A stretch of 64,000 bases of DNA from a virus (lineage: Duplodnaviria > Caudoviricetes), in IMG/VR virus record IMGVR_UViG_3300032116_000009; one strand, written 5' to 3'. Under the pieces are notes generated by a model. The model had not been told where the DNA came from. It saw only the letters and a list, made by a program, of their open reading frames with translations, and made no database searches. The position numbers and the translations under genes were made by a program. Positions 17,688 to 27,362 of this stretch are shown here, piece by piece. How positions within the stretch are numbered: position 1 is the stretch's first letter; each line of letters begins with the position of its first letter.

Positions 17688-18242
17688 TCAAGAACGATTC
17701 CCCCATGTAATATCAGGGTACGCCTCAGATACAAGTTCTTTGGTGATATTATATTTAGTTTGAAGTTTTTTATCTTTTACAAGACATAATACCTCAGCCT
17801 CTCCTGGGTGAAAAGATTCCAACATATTAATAAACATCGTTTCTTTACGAAGTTTATTCATACTATCATTTCCACCTTTCACAAAGTTATAAAATTTACT
17901 CCATTCTTTACGGATATTAGAACTTGGAGATTTATCAGCATTTTCATTTTGTTGAATAGGAACTTCTCCCTCTGGAAGGACTGAGGTTATTGACTCATCA
18001 AAGTTCCAAATCAAAAGAGATTTAATAAAGTTTTCATTATATTGTTGAAGGATATTAATTTTTTTATCCTTAGTTCTTTCGGCAACAACAGCCGAAAAAA
18101 TTTCATGGACGTAAGAAGTTGGAGTCAATTCAATCTTCTCTACGGTTTTAGTAACCTTAGGAGTCGTTGTCTTTTTTGCGACAGGACTTTTAGTAGTTGT
18201 CGAAGACTTTTTACTAGTCGTCGTCTTCTTCGTAGTCGTCAT
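17688..18242 (-). CDS. Conserved T4-like phage hypothetical protein
   Basis: T/K-rich N-terminus; LIWNFDESI-S-LPEGEVP, KLRKETMFINMLE and LCLVKDKKL. Confidence 0.8.
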   Translation of the reverse strand: MTTTKKTTTSKKSSTTTKSPVAKKTTTPKVTKTVEKIELTPTSYVHEIFSAVVAERTKDKKINILQQYNENFIKSLLIWNFDESITSVLPEGEVPIQQNENADKSPSSNIRKEWSKFYNFVKGGNDSMNKLRKETMFINMLESFHPGEAEVLCLVKDKKLQTKYNITKELVSEAYPDITWGNRS

Positions 18243-18438
18243 AGCTATTTTCAAATCGTACTGCAATTATTTCGTCTGGAATGATATTCCCATTGTCGTC
18301 AAACATTTCTGGATGAGCGAATACTTGTTGAGGAGTTGAAAAAACAACATGTTCTTTCCATAACCAACCCACTATACCACCAATTATTAAGAACATGAAA
18401 GATACCATACAAAATATGGCAACTAATGGTGCTGTCAT
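18214..18438 (-). CDS. Conserved cyanophage membrane protein
   Basis: N-terminal TM helix followed by HPEMFDDNGNIIPDEIIAVRFE. Confidence 0.7.
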   Translation of the reverse strand: MTAPLVAIFCMVSFMFLIIGGIVGWLWKEHVVFSTPQQVFAHPEMFDDNGNIIPDEIIAVRFENSYDDYEEDDD

Positions 18439-18442
18439 GGTT

Positions 18443-18634
18443 CTACCTCCGAGAGATTCCTTTCTTTTTTATGTCAAATGAAAATTCAAAATAGACGTGA
18501 ATCTCTCTTCTAAGGAGAGAAACCATCTTACCAAAACTGAACTTAAAGGTTTTTGGTTGATCAGGTTTTTCCCTCCTTTTTCTTAACAATAATTCCACAC
18601 CTCTATTTATGTACAACTCACGAGGCTTAGTCAT
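18443..18634 (-). CDS. Conserved hypothetical protein
   Basis: INRGVELLLR...LLRREIH; operon packing. Confidence 0.65.
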   Translation of the reverse strand: MTKPRELYINRGVELLLRKRREKPDQPKTFKFSFGKMVSLLRREIHVYFEFSFDIKKKGISRR

Positions 18635-18636
18635 AA

Positions 18637-18873
18637 TTATAGAACTGAAAGTTCTTTTAGGTACTTGATAGTATCATTACAACCACCTAAAACTTTGTTG
18701 TCCATAACAACTTGTGGAAAGGTACTTCCTTCACCAAATTCTGAATAAAATTCTTCTTTAGTAAAGTGTTTGTCTAAAGTATAAACAACAAATTCTTTAC
18801 CACAAAGTTCTAGAACTTGTTTAATTTTATAACAATAAGGACATTCAGGTTTAGAATATACAGTAAACTTCAT
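18637..18873 (-). CDS. Glutaredoxin
   Basis: CPYC active site; TFPQV and GGCND motifs. Confidence 0.9.
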   Translation of the reverse strand: MKFTVYSKPECPYCYKIKQVLELCGKEFVVYTLDKHFTKEEFYSEFGEGSTFPQVVMDNKVLGGCNDTIKYLKELSVL

Positions 18874-19039
18874 TTTTTGTTGTTGATATTTTGTAATATT
18901 TAGAGTTCTATTTCATACTCATTTGTGTAATCATACACTCTATCTGCAATTAAGTCAATCTGTATTTGAATACCTTTTACGTCTTCTTCAATCACATTAA
19001 TTTTTTTAAAGAGGAGATCAATTTTTTCTTCTAAAGTCA

Positions 19040-19249
19040 TCACTCCTCCATTGGATGGCCTTTACGCCAAGTAGATGTGTTAGGAGGATCACACTTTGCA
19101 TCCCAAGACCTAACAAGCAATTCTGTAAAGAGTTCCATTTTATCTGGATGGACTGAAGCCGGATTTTGATTGATTGCATTTTTAAGTGCTACCAACTCGT
19201 TCCATTCGGAATCTGTCAGAGAACCTGTTTGAAAATTGGAATGAGTCAT
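19040..19249 (-). CDS. Conserved cyanophage hypothetical protein
   Basis: EWNELVALKNAINQNPASVHPDKMELFTELLVRS; GGAGG SD. Confidence 0.65.
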   Translation of the reverse strand: MTHSNFQTGSLTDSEWNELVALKNAINQNPASVHPDKMELFTELLVRSWDAKCDPPNTSTWRKGHPMEE

Positions 19250-19344
19250 AAACCTCCTCGTTTGTGTTTAAATTCTAACACAACGCCCATCAATATCTAT
19301 GATAGTTAATAATGTTTTTATATTTGATTTACAAGCAGTAACAA

Positions 19345-19578
19345 TTACATTCCAAAAGGGCCCCAACGACCCCTCTTACTATCATCATCTCCGTTCATCC
19401 TTTCTTCCAATTTATCAATTAATTTATCTGCAGAAATGAGATTATCAATATCCATAATCATATCTGCAATATGTTTACCGACGAAAGGTTTTTCTTGGCG
19501 AGCAGCATACGCAAGAGCATTACGCAAAGATTGTTCGGCTTCTTTTAAACTTGTTTCTACAGATTCACTTAGTGCCAT
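19345..19578 (-). CDS. Conserved cyanophage hypothetical protein
   Basis: MALSESVETSLKEAEQSLRNALAYAARQEKP. Confidence 0.7.
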   Translation of the reverse strand: MALSESVETSLKEAEQSLRNALAYAARQEKPFVGKHIADMIMDIDNLISADKLIDKLEERMNGDDDSKRGRWGPFGM

Positions 19579-19734
19579 TTAGTCTATCCTCACATTTAGT
19601 ATAAAAGGTTCCATTTACATAACAAGACTTACCTGGTTCATAATATTTTATTACAGGTGTTTGTATCCTTGGATATTCTACCACATTTTTTACATGACAG
19701 AAAAGATTGTATCCACAAATAAGAGCTTCAATCA

Positions 19735-20595
19735 TCAGCACTCATCCATTCCAAGTGATTTAGTAACTTTGCGAAGAGTATAAGAACCATTATTATTATC
19801 TACCCACTCAACTTGATCTCCTTCTTTAAGGTTTGCAGCTTCTAGAAGATCATCTGGAAAATTTACATAATAGTCATCCACACCATCAATTACTGATTGT
19901 TGAACGGGAAGTAACCACTTCTTTACTTTATCTTCCTTGATCAAAACTCGTTCAGTTTCTCCAGGATTGCGAGCATAAACTGTCTTCCCTCCATCTGGAG
20001 ACTCATAAATTTTCCCACTGAAGGGGTTCAACCGACTTGGATCATTTCGGTCATAATCATAGTAATATTTGGAGTATTCTCCATCAAGTTTTGCTCGTTT
20101 ATCGTAGTACTCAGCTTCTCTTAGATTATATTCACGACACTTTTCTTTTTCCTGATCCGATGATGCTTTGTCACACATCTCATTCAGTTCTTCTTCGGTA
20201 TAACGAAGTGCTTCCATATCACTATGTCCCCATGGGGGCATACAGTCATCTTTACTTACACTACTTACCGTCGAACCTTTGTATTCTTCTGGATAATAAT
20301 TCTCTTCCCAGAAAGAAGTCCAAGACTTTTTACATTCTTCAGATGAATCGTCCTTATCACAACTGAAAACTTTATTCAGATGAGTCTCATATTTGTTACT
20401 CTGACTATTACCATTTAGAAGAACAAGTAATTCATTACAACGATTTGCATTAATTGTGAAGTGATTATATTGTTCTTCAACGACACCTTTGATTACATCA
20501 TAGATTTCCTGTGGGGTTGCTTCAGAAGAAGACAAAGAATCATACATCCAATTTTCAAGATTCTCAAGAGAATACTTCTTATAGTCAAAGTCCAT
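19735..20595 (-). CDS. Multi-domain hypothetical protein with C-terminal AbrB/MazE-like domain
   Basis: C-terminus YYVNFPDDLLEAANLKEGDQVEWVDNNNGSYTLRKV fits the AbrB swapped hairpin; also carries IYESPDGGKTVYAR. Confidence 0.6.
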   Translation of the reverse strand: MDFDYKKYSLENLENWMYDSLSSSEATPQEIYDVIKGVVEEQYNHFTINANRCNELLVLLNGNSQSNKYETHLNKVFSCDKDDSSEECKKSWTSFWEENYYPEEYKGSTVSSVSKDDCMPPWGHSDMEALRYTEEELNEMCDKASSDQEKEKCREYNLREAEYYDKRAKLDGEYSKYYYDYDRNDPSRLNPFSGKIYESPDGGKTVYARNPGETERVLIKEDKVKKWLLPVQQSVIDGVDDYYVNFPDDLLEAANLKEGDQVEWVDNNNGSYTLRKVTKSLGMDEC

Positions 20596-20764
20596 CGGTC
20601 AAGTCCTTGATTGCTTGTTCCATAATAATCTTAATTTGATCATCTGTCAAGTCATTTAGCCAAGACCATCGTTCATCGTTTTTATCCCACTCAAAAGCAA
20701 AAGAGCCGTCATCATTTTGGATAATATTTAATCCACTGGGATGTATAGGAGTATTTTCAGTCAT
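20585..20764 (-). CDS. Hypothetical protein
   Basis: Hand-translated 59 aa ORF (MTENTPIHPSGLNIIQNDDGSFAFEWD...) overlapping both neighbours. Confidence 0.55.
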   Translation of the reverse strand: MTENTPIHPSGLNIIQNDDGSFAFEWDKNDERWSWLNDLTDDQIKIIMEQAIKDLTDGL

Positions 20765-21725
20765 CTCTTTCTAAATCTAAAGTTACACAATGGAAACACC
20801 CACTTAAAGTTCTTGAGTGTCTCATAGGAAGCATGGCACAATCTATACCATATTTTTCTAACTCTTTTCTTGTTGGTTCTTGATGTTCTTCTAAAACAAC
20901 GAGATTAGGATTGACACTAAAAAGATTCATGTTAATCCATGTTGAGGCATGATTATAACCTGGATAGTATCCAATGTCAACAGGTTCTGGGCACCAAATT
21001 ACATCCCAATTTTTAAATGGTGCAGGAAGAACATCTTTACTCTTAATCCTTTCTGGATTAGCCAATAATAATCCCTCTCTTAGAAATGCAATTGTTGTGT
21101 CAATGTGCATATAACTATACACACCTTGAAGTAAATGAACTTGAATGTCTGGACCCAAAACTTGTTGAAGTTTATTCGCACCAGAAATGTTTCCACTATT
21201 AGAAACTAGATATAAAACATGATCATTAGCCCTAATAATATTGGCAGCATCAAAAGCAGGAGAGTGTTCAGTGAGTGCTAAAACATCTTTATTCCCTAGA
21301 CATTCATCATTATACAATTTGTCATCATAGGTACAAGTTAATGGAACTAATCCATCAAAATGATGAGCGATTGAACCAAAATTATACCTCCTAGCCTTTA
21401 GGGGCATTGGAGTTGCAAAATAGTTATTTCCATGGATGAATATACAATCTCTGGGACAGAAATTATAATATCCTGTTGGTTCACTATGAGGTCTTACTAC
21501 ATCTACTCCCTCTTGTCTTAAGAAGTTTGCGAAGATTTCTAGATCTTCATTAGCTTCTTGTATAACTTGATCAGGATATAATCCTGACTTTACATCGGAA
21601 ACATCTTCACGATCTGCATAGTTAATCAATCTCAGACTACGATCCATTTCAGGCACTCTTGCATAATCTGCAATACCCACAATAACCTTTTTTAATCTTC
21701 CCCACTCATTAGTACTATTGTTCAT
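20757..21725 (-). CDS. Amidinotransferase (glycine/inosamine-phosphate amidinotransferase family)
   Basis: NEWGRLKKVIVG, CPRD, FDAAN, HIDTT, INMNL and GCFHCVTLDL, with the catalytic Asp/His/Cys present. Confidence 0.88.
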   Translation of the reverse strand: MNNSTNEWGRLKKVIVGIADYARVPEMDRSLRLINYADREDVSDVKSGLYPDQVIQEANEDLEIFANFLRQEGVDVVRPHSEPTGYYNFCPRDCIFIHGNNYFATPMPLKARRYNFGSIAHHFDGLVPLTCTYDDKLYNDECLGNKDVLALTEHSPAFDAANIIRANDHVLYLVSNSGNISGANKLQQVLGPDIQVHLLQGVYSYMHIDTTIAFLREGLLLANPERIKSKDVLPAPFKNWDVIWCPEPVDIGYYPGYNHASTWINMNLFSVNPNLVVLEEHQEPTRKELEKYGIDCAMLPMRHSRTLSGCFHCVTLDLERDD

Positions 21726-22221
21726 TTAATACTCCAGTTACTTGAATTGCATATCTATCTTTCATACTGAAATTATAAAATGCATGGATTTCATCATAGT
21801 TCCAGTAAAAACAATCACCAGCCTTCCAATCACAGTAACAAGTATCTTTCACTTGCAAAATTTGGCCTGGAGAATTATCTTCCAACATAACCATACATCT
21901 AATAACATTTTCAGATCCTATGTTATTAATTTCTAGATATTTACCAAAAAGATCTGTATGAAGAGGTAGATATTGTCCTGGTTTAAAATAATTTACTGCT
22001 GCGCCAACTTTATCTAAAAAATAAAATTGAGGAATGATATATTCCTCAACGCACTTTGGCATTGGATCTGGTTGTTGGTACTTGTATATAGATAATTTTT
22101 CCTCACTGTGACCAGAACTTAAATATTGGTTAACCAACTCTTCATCTTTATGTGTAGACAAAACGTAGTCTAGATTATAAAAATCTTTGATATTCCAATT
22201 AGGTTTTATATGATTTAACAT
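21715..22221 (-). CDS. 2OG-Fe(II) oxygenase-like (cupin) protein
   Basis: YLPLHTD...IHAFYN...RYAIQVTG gives an HxD...H facial triad. Confidence 0.7.
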   Translation of the reverse strand: MLNHIKPNWNIKDFYNLDYVLSTHKDEELVNQYLSSGHSEEKLSIYKYQQPDPMPKCVEEYIIPQFYFLDKVGAAVNYFKPGQYLPLHTDLFGKYLEINNIGSENVIRCMVMLEDNSPGQILQVKDTCYCDWKAGDCFYWNYDEIHAFYNFSMKDRYAIQVTGVLNEQ

Positions 22222-22814
22222 TTAAACACAGACATGTCAGGTAAGTGTGGGTAATCTAGATAAGTCCATTTTTTAGGTTGTTTATCACGAACTTCATTAA
22301 ACCTAAAAGAACCCAAGATAGCTGTCTCTGGAGTCATATAATAATGATAACCTACGGTATCAATGTCTTGTTTAGCCCAAGGCTTAGAAACATCTCTACC
22401 ATCGTAAGACATTTTCTTTAGTATATCATAGTCATTTTTGTTTTGCAACAGAATCATTCCACCCCTACCAACACTAAGATGTTTTTTATACTGGAAACTA
22501 AGGCACATGTAGGTGTCAGGAATATAACTATTTTCTTTCCATAGTACAGCAGCGTCAATAATATTTGAATTGCCTAGTTGATAATAATCTTCCCAGTCTT
22601 CATTTCTCCATGTCCAATTCAATTCCAATTTCATTAAAGTCATTGGAATAGAAACATAAGTGTTAGTTGGAATAGTCAAATTATTGCATGAAGTATGTCT
22701 AAGACATAATTCTATTGCATGTGTACATGAGTCTACAGCTACAGCATATGGGGCTGAGAAATATTCTGCGACTTTGTTTTCAAACTCATTTACTTTTTCA
22801 AACATACTTATCAA
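22215..22814 (-). CDS. DegT/DnrJ/EryC1/StrS-family PLP aminotransferase (short, 199 aa)
   Basis: AVAVDSCTHAIELCL, IIDAA, SFQYKKHL (PLP Lys), GRGGMIL, GYHYYMT; C-terminal small domain absent. Confidence 0.8.
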   Translation of the reverse strand: MISMFEKVNEFENKVAEYFSAPYAVAVDSCTHAIELCLRHTSCNNLTIPTNTYVSIPMTLMKLELNWTWRNEDWEDYYQLGNSNIIDAAVLWKENSYIPDTYMCLSFQYKKHLSVGRGGMILLQNKNDYDILKKMSYDGRDVSKPWAKQDIDTVGYHYYMTPETAILGSFRFNEVRDKQPKKWTYLDYPHLPDMSVFKC

Positions 22815-23649
22815 TGTCGGGTTCTCTAGGTGTTATAACTCTATCATTTGGTTTTCCATACATGAAAAACTCTTCTAATGTATAATCATCTCTCAGAACG
22901 GTCCACCATTTCTTATAAGCCTTCCTAGCAAGAACTAAATCAGGTCTATCAGATCTTACATAATTTACCGAATAACTACCAATATCTGGATTTACACTTA
23001 TCAAAGGCATTGAATAAGTTCTTCCACTATGTATTAGGAAATAATCTATAGTTACATTAGGTATATCTAGTCCTATCGACCATTTCCAATTTGAAATTTT
23101 ATGAGCAAGATTATACTTTTCATCTACACAAAAAAGTCTTATTAATTTTTCTGCGTAACTTCTTCTTATCAATGCAGCTCCACTATCATGTCCAGACAAT
23201 ATTGGATGTAGATAACATGGAATAATTTTTTCATTTTCAAAACCCAGTTGAATACAATCCCAATCGAAAGGAATGTTATTCATCAAGTATTCCCAATCAA
23301 AATGCCAATAATCAATATAACTTAAATCATAATCATCTTCCATTAAGATAACATATTCTTCAATTGTATTTTCCAACCAACTTTTGAGCATATCAATAGT
23401 GGAAAGAGCAGTAGCTACTTCTATTAAATGTTGTCTCCACCTTTTACATGTTGAAATATCATTCAGTATTACTTTACTTTTCCATTCATCAAAATTTTGA
23501 AGTTGATAACTAGAAGCAGAAAACCTTTTAAAGTTACTAATTTTATATTTTTCGTATTGTTCTTCAGTATATTGTTTTCTATCAGGTCTTTCGTCAAGAT
23601 TTAAATAATAAATCGTTGGCAATCCTTTAAGTTTATCTTTTAAATTCAT
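22798..23649 (-). CDS. Glycosyltransferase family 25-like
   Basis: LPTIYYLNLDERPDRK...ILMEDD...PFDWDCIQLG. Confidence 0.8.
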   Translation of the reverse strand: MNLKDKLKGLPTIYYLNLDERPDRKQYTEEQYEKYKISNFKRFSASSYQLQNFDEWKSKVILNDISTCKRWRQHLIEVATALSTIDMLKSWLENTIEEYVILMEDDYDLSYIDYWHFDWEYLMNNIPFDWDCIQLGFENEKIIPCYLHPILSGHDSGAALIRRSYAEKLIRLFCVDEKYNLAHKISNWKWSIGLDIPNVTIDYFLIHSGRTYSMPLISVNPDIGSYSVNYVRSDRPDLVLARKAYKKWWTVLRDDYTLEEFFMYGKPNDRVITPREPDIDKYV

Positions 23650-23650
23650 A

Positions 23651-24451
23651 CTATAACTTTATTAATAGATCGTTTTTATTGACAGAATCTATAGACATTA
23701 TATCACATATATTGTAGTTTGTACTCTTATTTTTCCACCAATCTAAAACAACTTCATCAGACTTTTTAGCTAGATGGTTTGGTTTATCCAAATAACCATC
23801 ACTTATAAAATGAGAATTCGATATGAAGAGGGGTAGGGAATAAGTAACGCCTATTTGATATGGAACAAAATCACCAGATTGATAATGATACTTTGGCCAT
23901 TTTTCACTTAATCCATAGTTTGTATAAAATTTAAAGAATCCATTGTCATAGTGCAATCTTATCATTTTCTCTGCATAAGATCTTGTTATCATAAAACAAG
24001 TTGCAGCATGATTGTTCTTAGTCCACTTCGATAAGAACATTGGAATATACCTCTCGCCTATGATATGAAATTGAATGCAATCCCAATTACAAGGAAGTTT
24101 GTTAAAGATATCTTTCCAATTAAAGTCCCAGTATTCTACCGTATCAAATGATAGATCATCCTCTATCATCATACAAACTTCAGATGTATTTGAGTTATAC
24201 CAATCCACAATACTCTGTATCCTATTCAATAATACAGAAAGAAATTGCGGTTGAGTTAAAATATCATCCGCAATTATTTTTGACTTCCACTCAGAATAAT
24301 TTTTTGGGTCATAACGTGAGGCAGAAATTCTAGTATAATTTTTAATATTATACTTTCTAAACTGATTTTCAATATACAGCTTTCTTTCTACTCTATGATC
24401 CAAATTCAAGTAATAAATTGGAGGAATATCTTTTAATTTCGATTCAGTCAT
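23651..24451 (-). CDS. Glycosyltransferase family 25-like (paralog)
   Basis: IPPIYYLNLDHRVERK...MIEDD...PCNWDCIQF. Confidence 0.8.
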   Translation of the reverse strand: MTESKLKDIPPIYYLNLDHRVERKLYIENQFRKYNIKNYTRISASRYDPKNYSEWKSKIIADDILTQPQFLSVLLNRIQSIVDWYNSNTSEVCMMIEDDLSFDTVEYWDFNWKDIFNKLPCNWDCIQFHIIGERYIPMFLSKWTKNNHAATCFMITRSYAEKMIRLHYDNGFFKFYTNYGLSEKWPKYHYQSGDFVPYQIGVTYSLPLFISNSHFISDGYLDKPNHLAKKSDEVVLDWWKNKSTNYNICDIMSIDSVNKNDLLIKL

Positions 24452-25230
24452 TCAACAACCGGTACAGTCATTAGATGATCATATTTTTTACCGTATGTGA
24501 AAAAATCCTTTAGGGTAAAATCATCTCTATTGTTTTTCCACCAATTATAATAAAGATCTCTACAAATGAAATGATGTTTCTTTGGAATCTCATCTAGATT
24601 TGGGTTTTGTGTAATCAAAGGAATCTGATATGTCTTACCAACAAATCCAAAAAACTGATCTAATCCTAGACATCTATAAAAATATTCTGGACCATAGTTA
24701 TGGATAAAGGAATATTTTCCCTTGATCGTGTGGATATCGATTAACTTTTGTGCAAAGTGTCGATTTATTAATACTGGTCCATAAAAACTATGGCTTGTTT
24801 TTGGGTGCAGAAAGAATGAAATATAATTATGAGATTCAAATCCCAATTGAATACAGTCCCAATCATATGGAAGATGAGTCATTAGATATTTCCAATCAAA
24901 ATGCCAGTATTCTATTAGGTTCAGATCATAATCATCTTCAAACAAAATAAGATATTTTTCATTCGTATTCTCTAACCAATGTCTAACCATTTCCAATGTG
25001 GAAAGATTTATACAAACCTTTAAGTAGTCTTGTTCTTTGTATATTTCACTTTTATAAACAAGACTTTCCCACTCTTTAAAATTCTCCGGATAAAAAATAC
25101 CTTCAGAAAATCTAGTTACATTTGAAATTTCCCATTTATCGAATTGGGATTCCATGTATTCTTTTCTTTCTGTTTTACTATCAACATTTAGATAGTATAT
25201 GGTAGGAAGTCCTTTAAGTTTTTCAGACAT
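24448..25230 (-). CDS. Glycosyltransferase family 25-like (paralog)
   Basis: LPTIYYLNVDSKTERK...ILFEDD...PYDWDCIQLG. Confidence 0.8.
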   Translation of the reverse strand: MSEKLKGLPTIYYLNVDSKTERKEYMESQFDKWEISNVTRFSEGIFYPENFKEWESLVYKSEIYKEQDYLKVCINLSTLEMVRHWLENTNEKYLILFEDDYDLNLIEYWHFDWKYLMTHLPYDWDCIQLGFESHNYISFFLHPKTSHSFYGPVLINRHFAQKLIDIHTIKGKYSFIHNYGPEYFYRCLGLDQFFGFVGKTYQIPLITQNPNLDEIPKKHHFICRDLYYNWWKNNRDDFTLKDFFTYGKKYDHLMTVPVVE

Positions 25231-26440
25231 ACCAAGTTATAATAGAATATCTTGTTCCTGAAGTAACAGGCATAACTTCATGCGGATACATAAAGTTTGA
25301 TGGGAAGAGAATGGCGTCTCCCTTTTTAGTCTTAATAACTATCTCTCTATCAAAAAATGCAAATTCACCACCCTCATAATCATCATTCAAACTGAATGAA
25401 CAACTAATTGCTCTTTGTTGTAATTTAAATGAATCTGTATGTTGAATATAAAATTGACCTTCTTTATATCTGAGTAGATCATATCCAGTATCTATATCTA
25501 CATTTGCATCAGGAAATTTTTCTTTATACTTCTGAAGGGCTTGTGAAGCGGAAAGAAAGAAATCTGAATCAAGTTGTTTTCTATATTGTGTATTGTACTG
25601 TAAGGTATTTTCTTCACTAATATTCAATACTGAACAACTTCTAACGTTTGGATTTACTTCACCACCGCCGACACTTGTATCTTTCCATAAGTCACAATCT
25701 TTATATTCAGATATAATTTTATTACAAAGTTCATCTGATACTAAAGAATCTAAAACAACAATAAAATCTTCTAGCTTTGTTTGACTTCTAATACTAGGTT
25801 TAACTATAAGTTCTGGAGTTTTTATAATTTTACTTTCTTCTAAAGTTTTTTCAACTTTATTTCCATGTTGATCACAATTTATCCCTAAATGACTTTTATC
25901 AAAATAACTATTAACTCTATTTCCACGACTGAAAACATAATGCAGGAATACTTGTGTGTACCATTCACCATCATATTCATCTCTCCAGTGAGGTGCATCG
26001 CATCCCATATACAGTAATGCATCTCCAGGAGACAACATAATATTATGTTTATCACTATTGGGAGTTTCAATCCAAATTAACCACGGCCGATCACTACCTA
26101 AGTTAACAGTCAATGATACTTCACATTGATCTTTATCAGTGTGTTTTTTTAAAACACTGCCCTTTCGATAAGTTCTGGCATAAGAATAAGTAGGCAATAC
26201 AGTTTCCCCACAGATTTTACTAATCTCTGGAGTTTTTTCACAAAGAAGTTCTAAGAAAGAAATATAATTGTATACCGAGGACGAGTTTAAAGCCTGATCG
26301 TCACCAAGTACATTATTTTTATCACAGAAAGAATTAAACTCATCTGATAAACTTTTAGATCTTTTAATGTCTATAAAATTTTTGACAACAAGATAATTGT
26401 TTACCTTGATGGAAGGATTTAGATTATTCATAACAAACAA
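25223..26440 (-). CDS. Tandem two-domain 2OG-Fe(II) oxygenase (prolyl 4-hydroxylase-like)
   Basis: Domain 1: KHTD...APHWR. Domain 2: QHTD...YPHEV...GTRYS. Confidence 0.85.
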   Translation of the reverse strand: MFVMNNLNPSIKVNNYLVVKNFIDIKRSKSLSDEFNSFCDKNNVLGDDQALNSSSVYNYISFLELLCEKTPEISKICGETVLPTYSYARTYRKGSVLKKHTDKDQCEVSLTVNLGSDRPWLIWIETPNSDKHNIMLSPGDALLYMGCDAPHWRDEYDGEWYTQVFLHYVFSRGNRVNSYFDKSHLGINCDQHGNKVEKTLEESKIIKTPELIVKPSIRSQTKLEDFIVVLDSLVSDELCNKIISEYKDCDLWKDTSVGGGEVNPNVRSCSVLNISEENTLQYNTQYRKQLDSDFFLSASQALQKYKEKFPDANVDIDTGYDLLRYKEGQFYIQHTDSFKLQQRAISCSFSLNDDYEGGEFAFFDREIVIKTKKGDAILFPSNFMYPHEVMPVTSGTRYSIITWYV

Positions 26441-26447
26441 AAAAATT

Positions 26448-26984
26448 TTAAATTTCTTTTAACAACTCTTCAATATCGTAATAAATTTGATCCTCTTCCG
26501 ATACTTCATTGTCTACAGACTCAAGTTCTTCGTAGTTTATATCACCAACCACCAAATCAGATTCAGAAGCTTCTTCTACACTTTGATTTTCAAAGTCTTC
26601 AGCCATTACATCAATTTCAACTATCTCCTCTTCCTCTTCTTCTTCCAAAATATAATCTAGAGCCATTAGATCATCTAAGTCACCATATCCTTCATACTGA
26701 GAAAAATTGCGAACTTCCATCAATGCTTTTTGTTCTTCCAACCACAATTGATGTTCTTCTTTTTTCTTTTGCCATAACTCTATAGATTGTTCCCAAACAC
26801 CCAACTCTGTAATTTCGATATTCGGATCTTGAGTAACCAACTCTACACTACCATGATCACCATACCACTGAACAGCGTGTACAGCTACACCATTGATTTG
26901 GGGAACCCAACTCATATCAATGTCAGAATAATACTCACCGTCTATGTAAACAGTTCTATCACTTGGAATTATCGTCAGTCTCAT
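26448..26984 (-). CDS. Tail-fiber-associated hypothetical protein, acidic C-terminus
   Basis: MRLTIIPSD...HAVQWYGDHGSVE; follows the fiber-like genes. Confidence 0.55.
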   Translation of the reverse strand: MRLTIIPSDRTVYIDGEYYSDIDMSWVPQINGVAVHAVQWYGDHGSVELVTQDPNIEITELGVWEQSIELWQKKKEEHQLWLEEQKALMEVRNFSQYEGYGDLDDLMALDYILEEEEEEEIVEIDVMAEDFENQSVEEASESDLVVGDINYEELESVDNEVSEEDQIYYDIEELLKEI

Positions 26985-27324
26985 TTTCTTCTCCGAAAGG
27001 CAATCCTGTTTGAGTCAATGGAGTTACATTGACAGGAACAAAGTTTTGATTCATTAATCCTTGTATATATATTTCCCTATTCGTTTCGTTAGCCTTAACA
27101 ACTTCATTTCTAAATGACTCTACAGCAGCTCCAGTAGATCTTTGTTGTTGAGAGTTTTCTATTGTAAGCATTGGCATCCATGAAACAGCGCATCCCCAGT
27201 GATCAACATCTTCACCAGTATTTGGATTCATACCTCTAACATGCATATACCAAGCACATTTATTTTCAATGCAATCTTTTTTGATTAAAGGGCAGTATGT
27301 CCCAGGTTCAGTCTTTTTAAACAT
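26959..27324 (-). CDS. Conserved phage protein (Cys-rich N-terminus) next to fiber-like genes
   Basis: CPLIKKDC...CAWY...WGCAVSWMPML-IENSQQQR-TGAAVESFRNE. Confidence 0.7.
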   Translation of the reverse strand: MFKKTEPGTYCPLIKKDCIENKCAWYMHVRGMNPNTGEDVDHWGCAVSWMPMLTIENSQQQRSTGAAVESFRNEVVKANETNREIYIQGLMNQNFVPVNVTPLTQTGLPFGEENETDDNSK

Positions 27325-27362
27325 ATAAGATCAGTCCACGAATACAATAATTATACCAAAAA

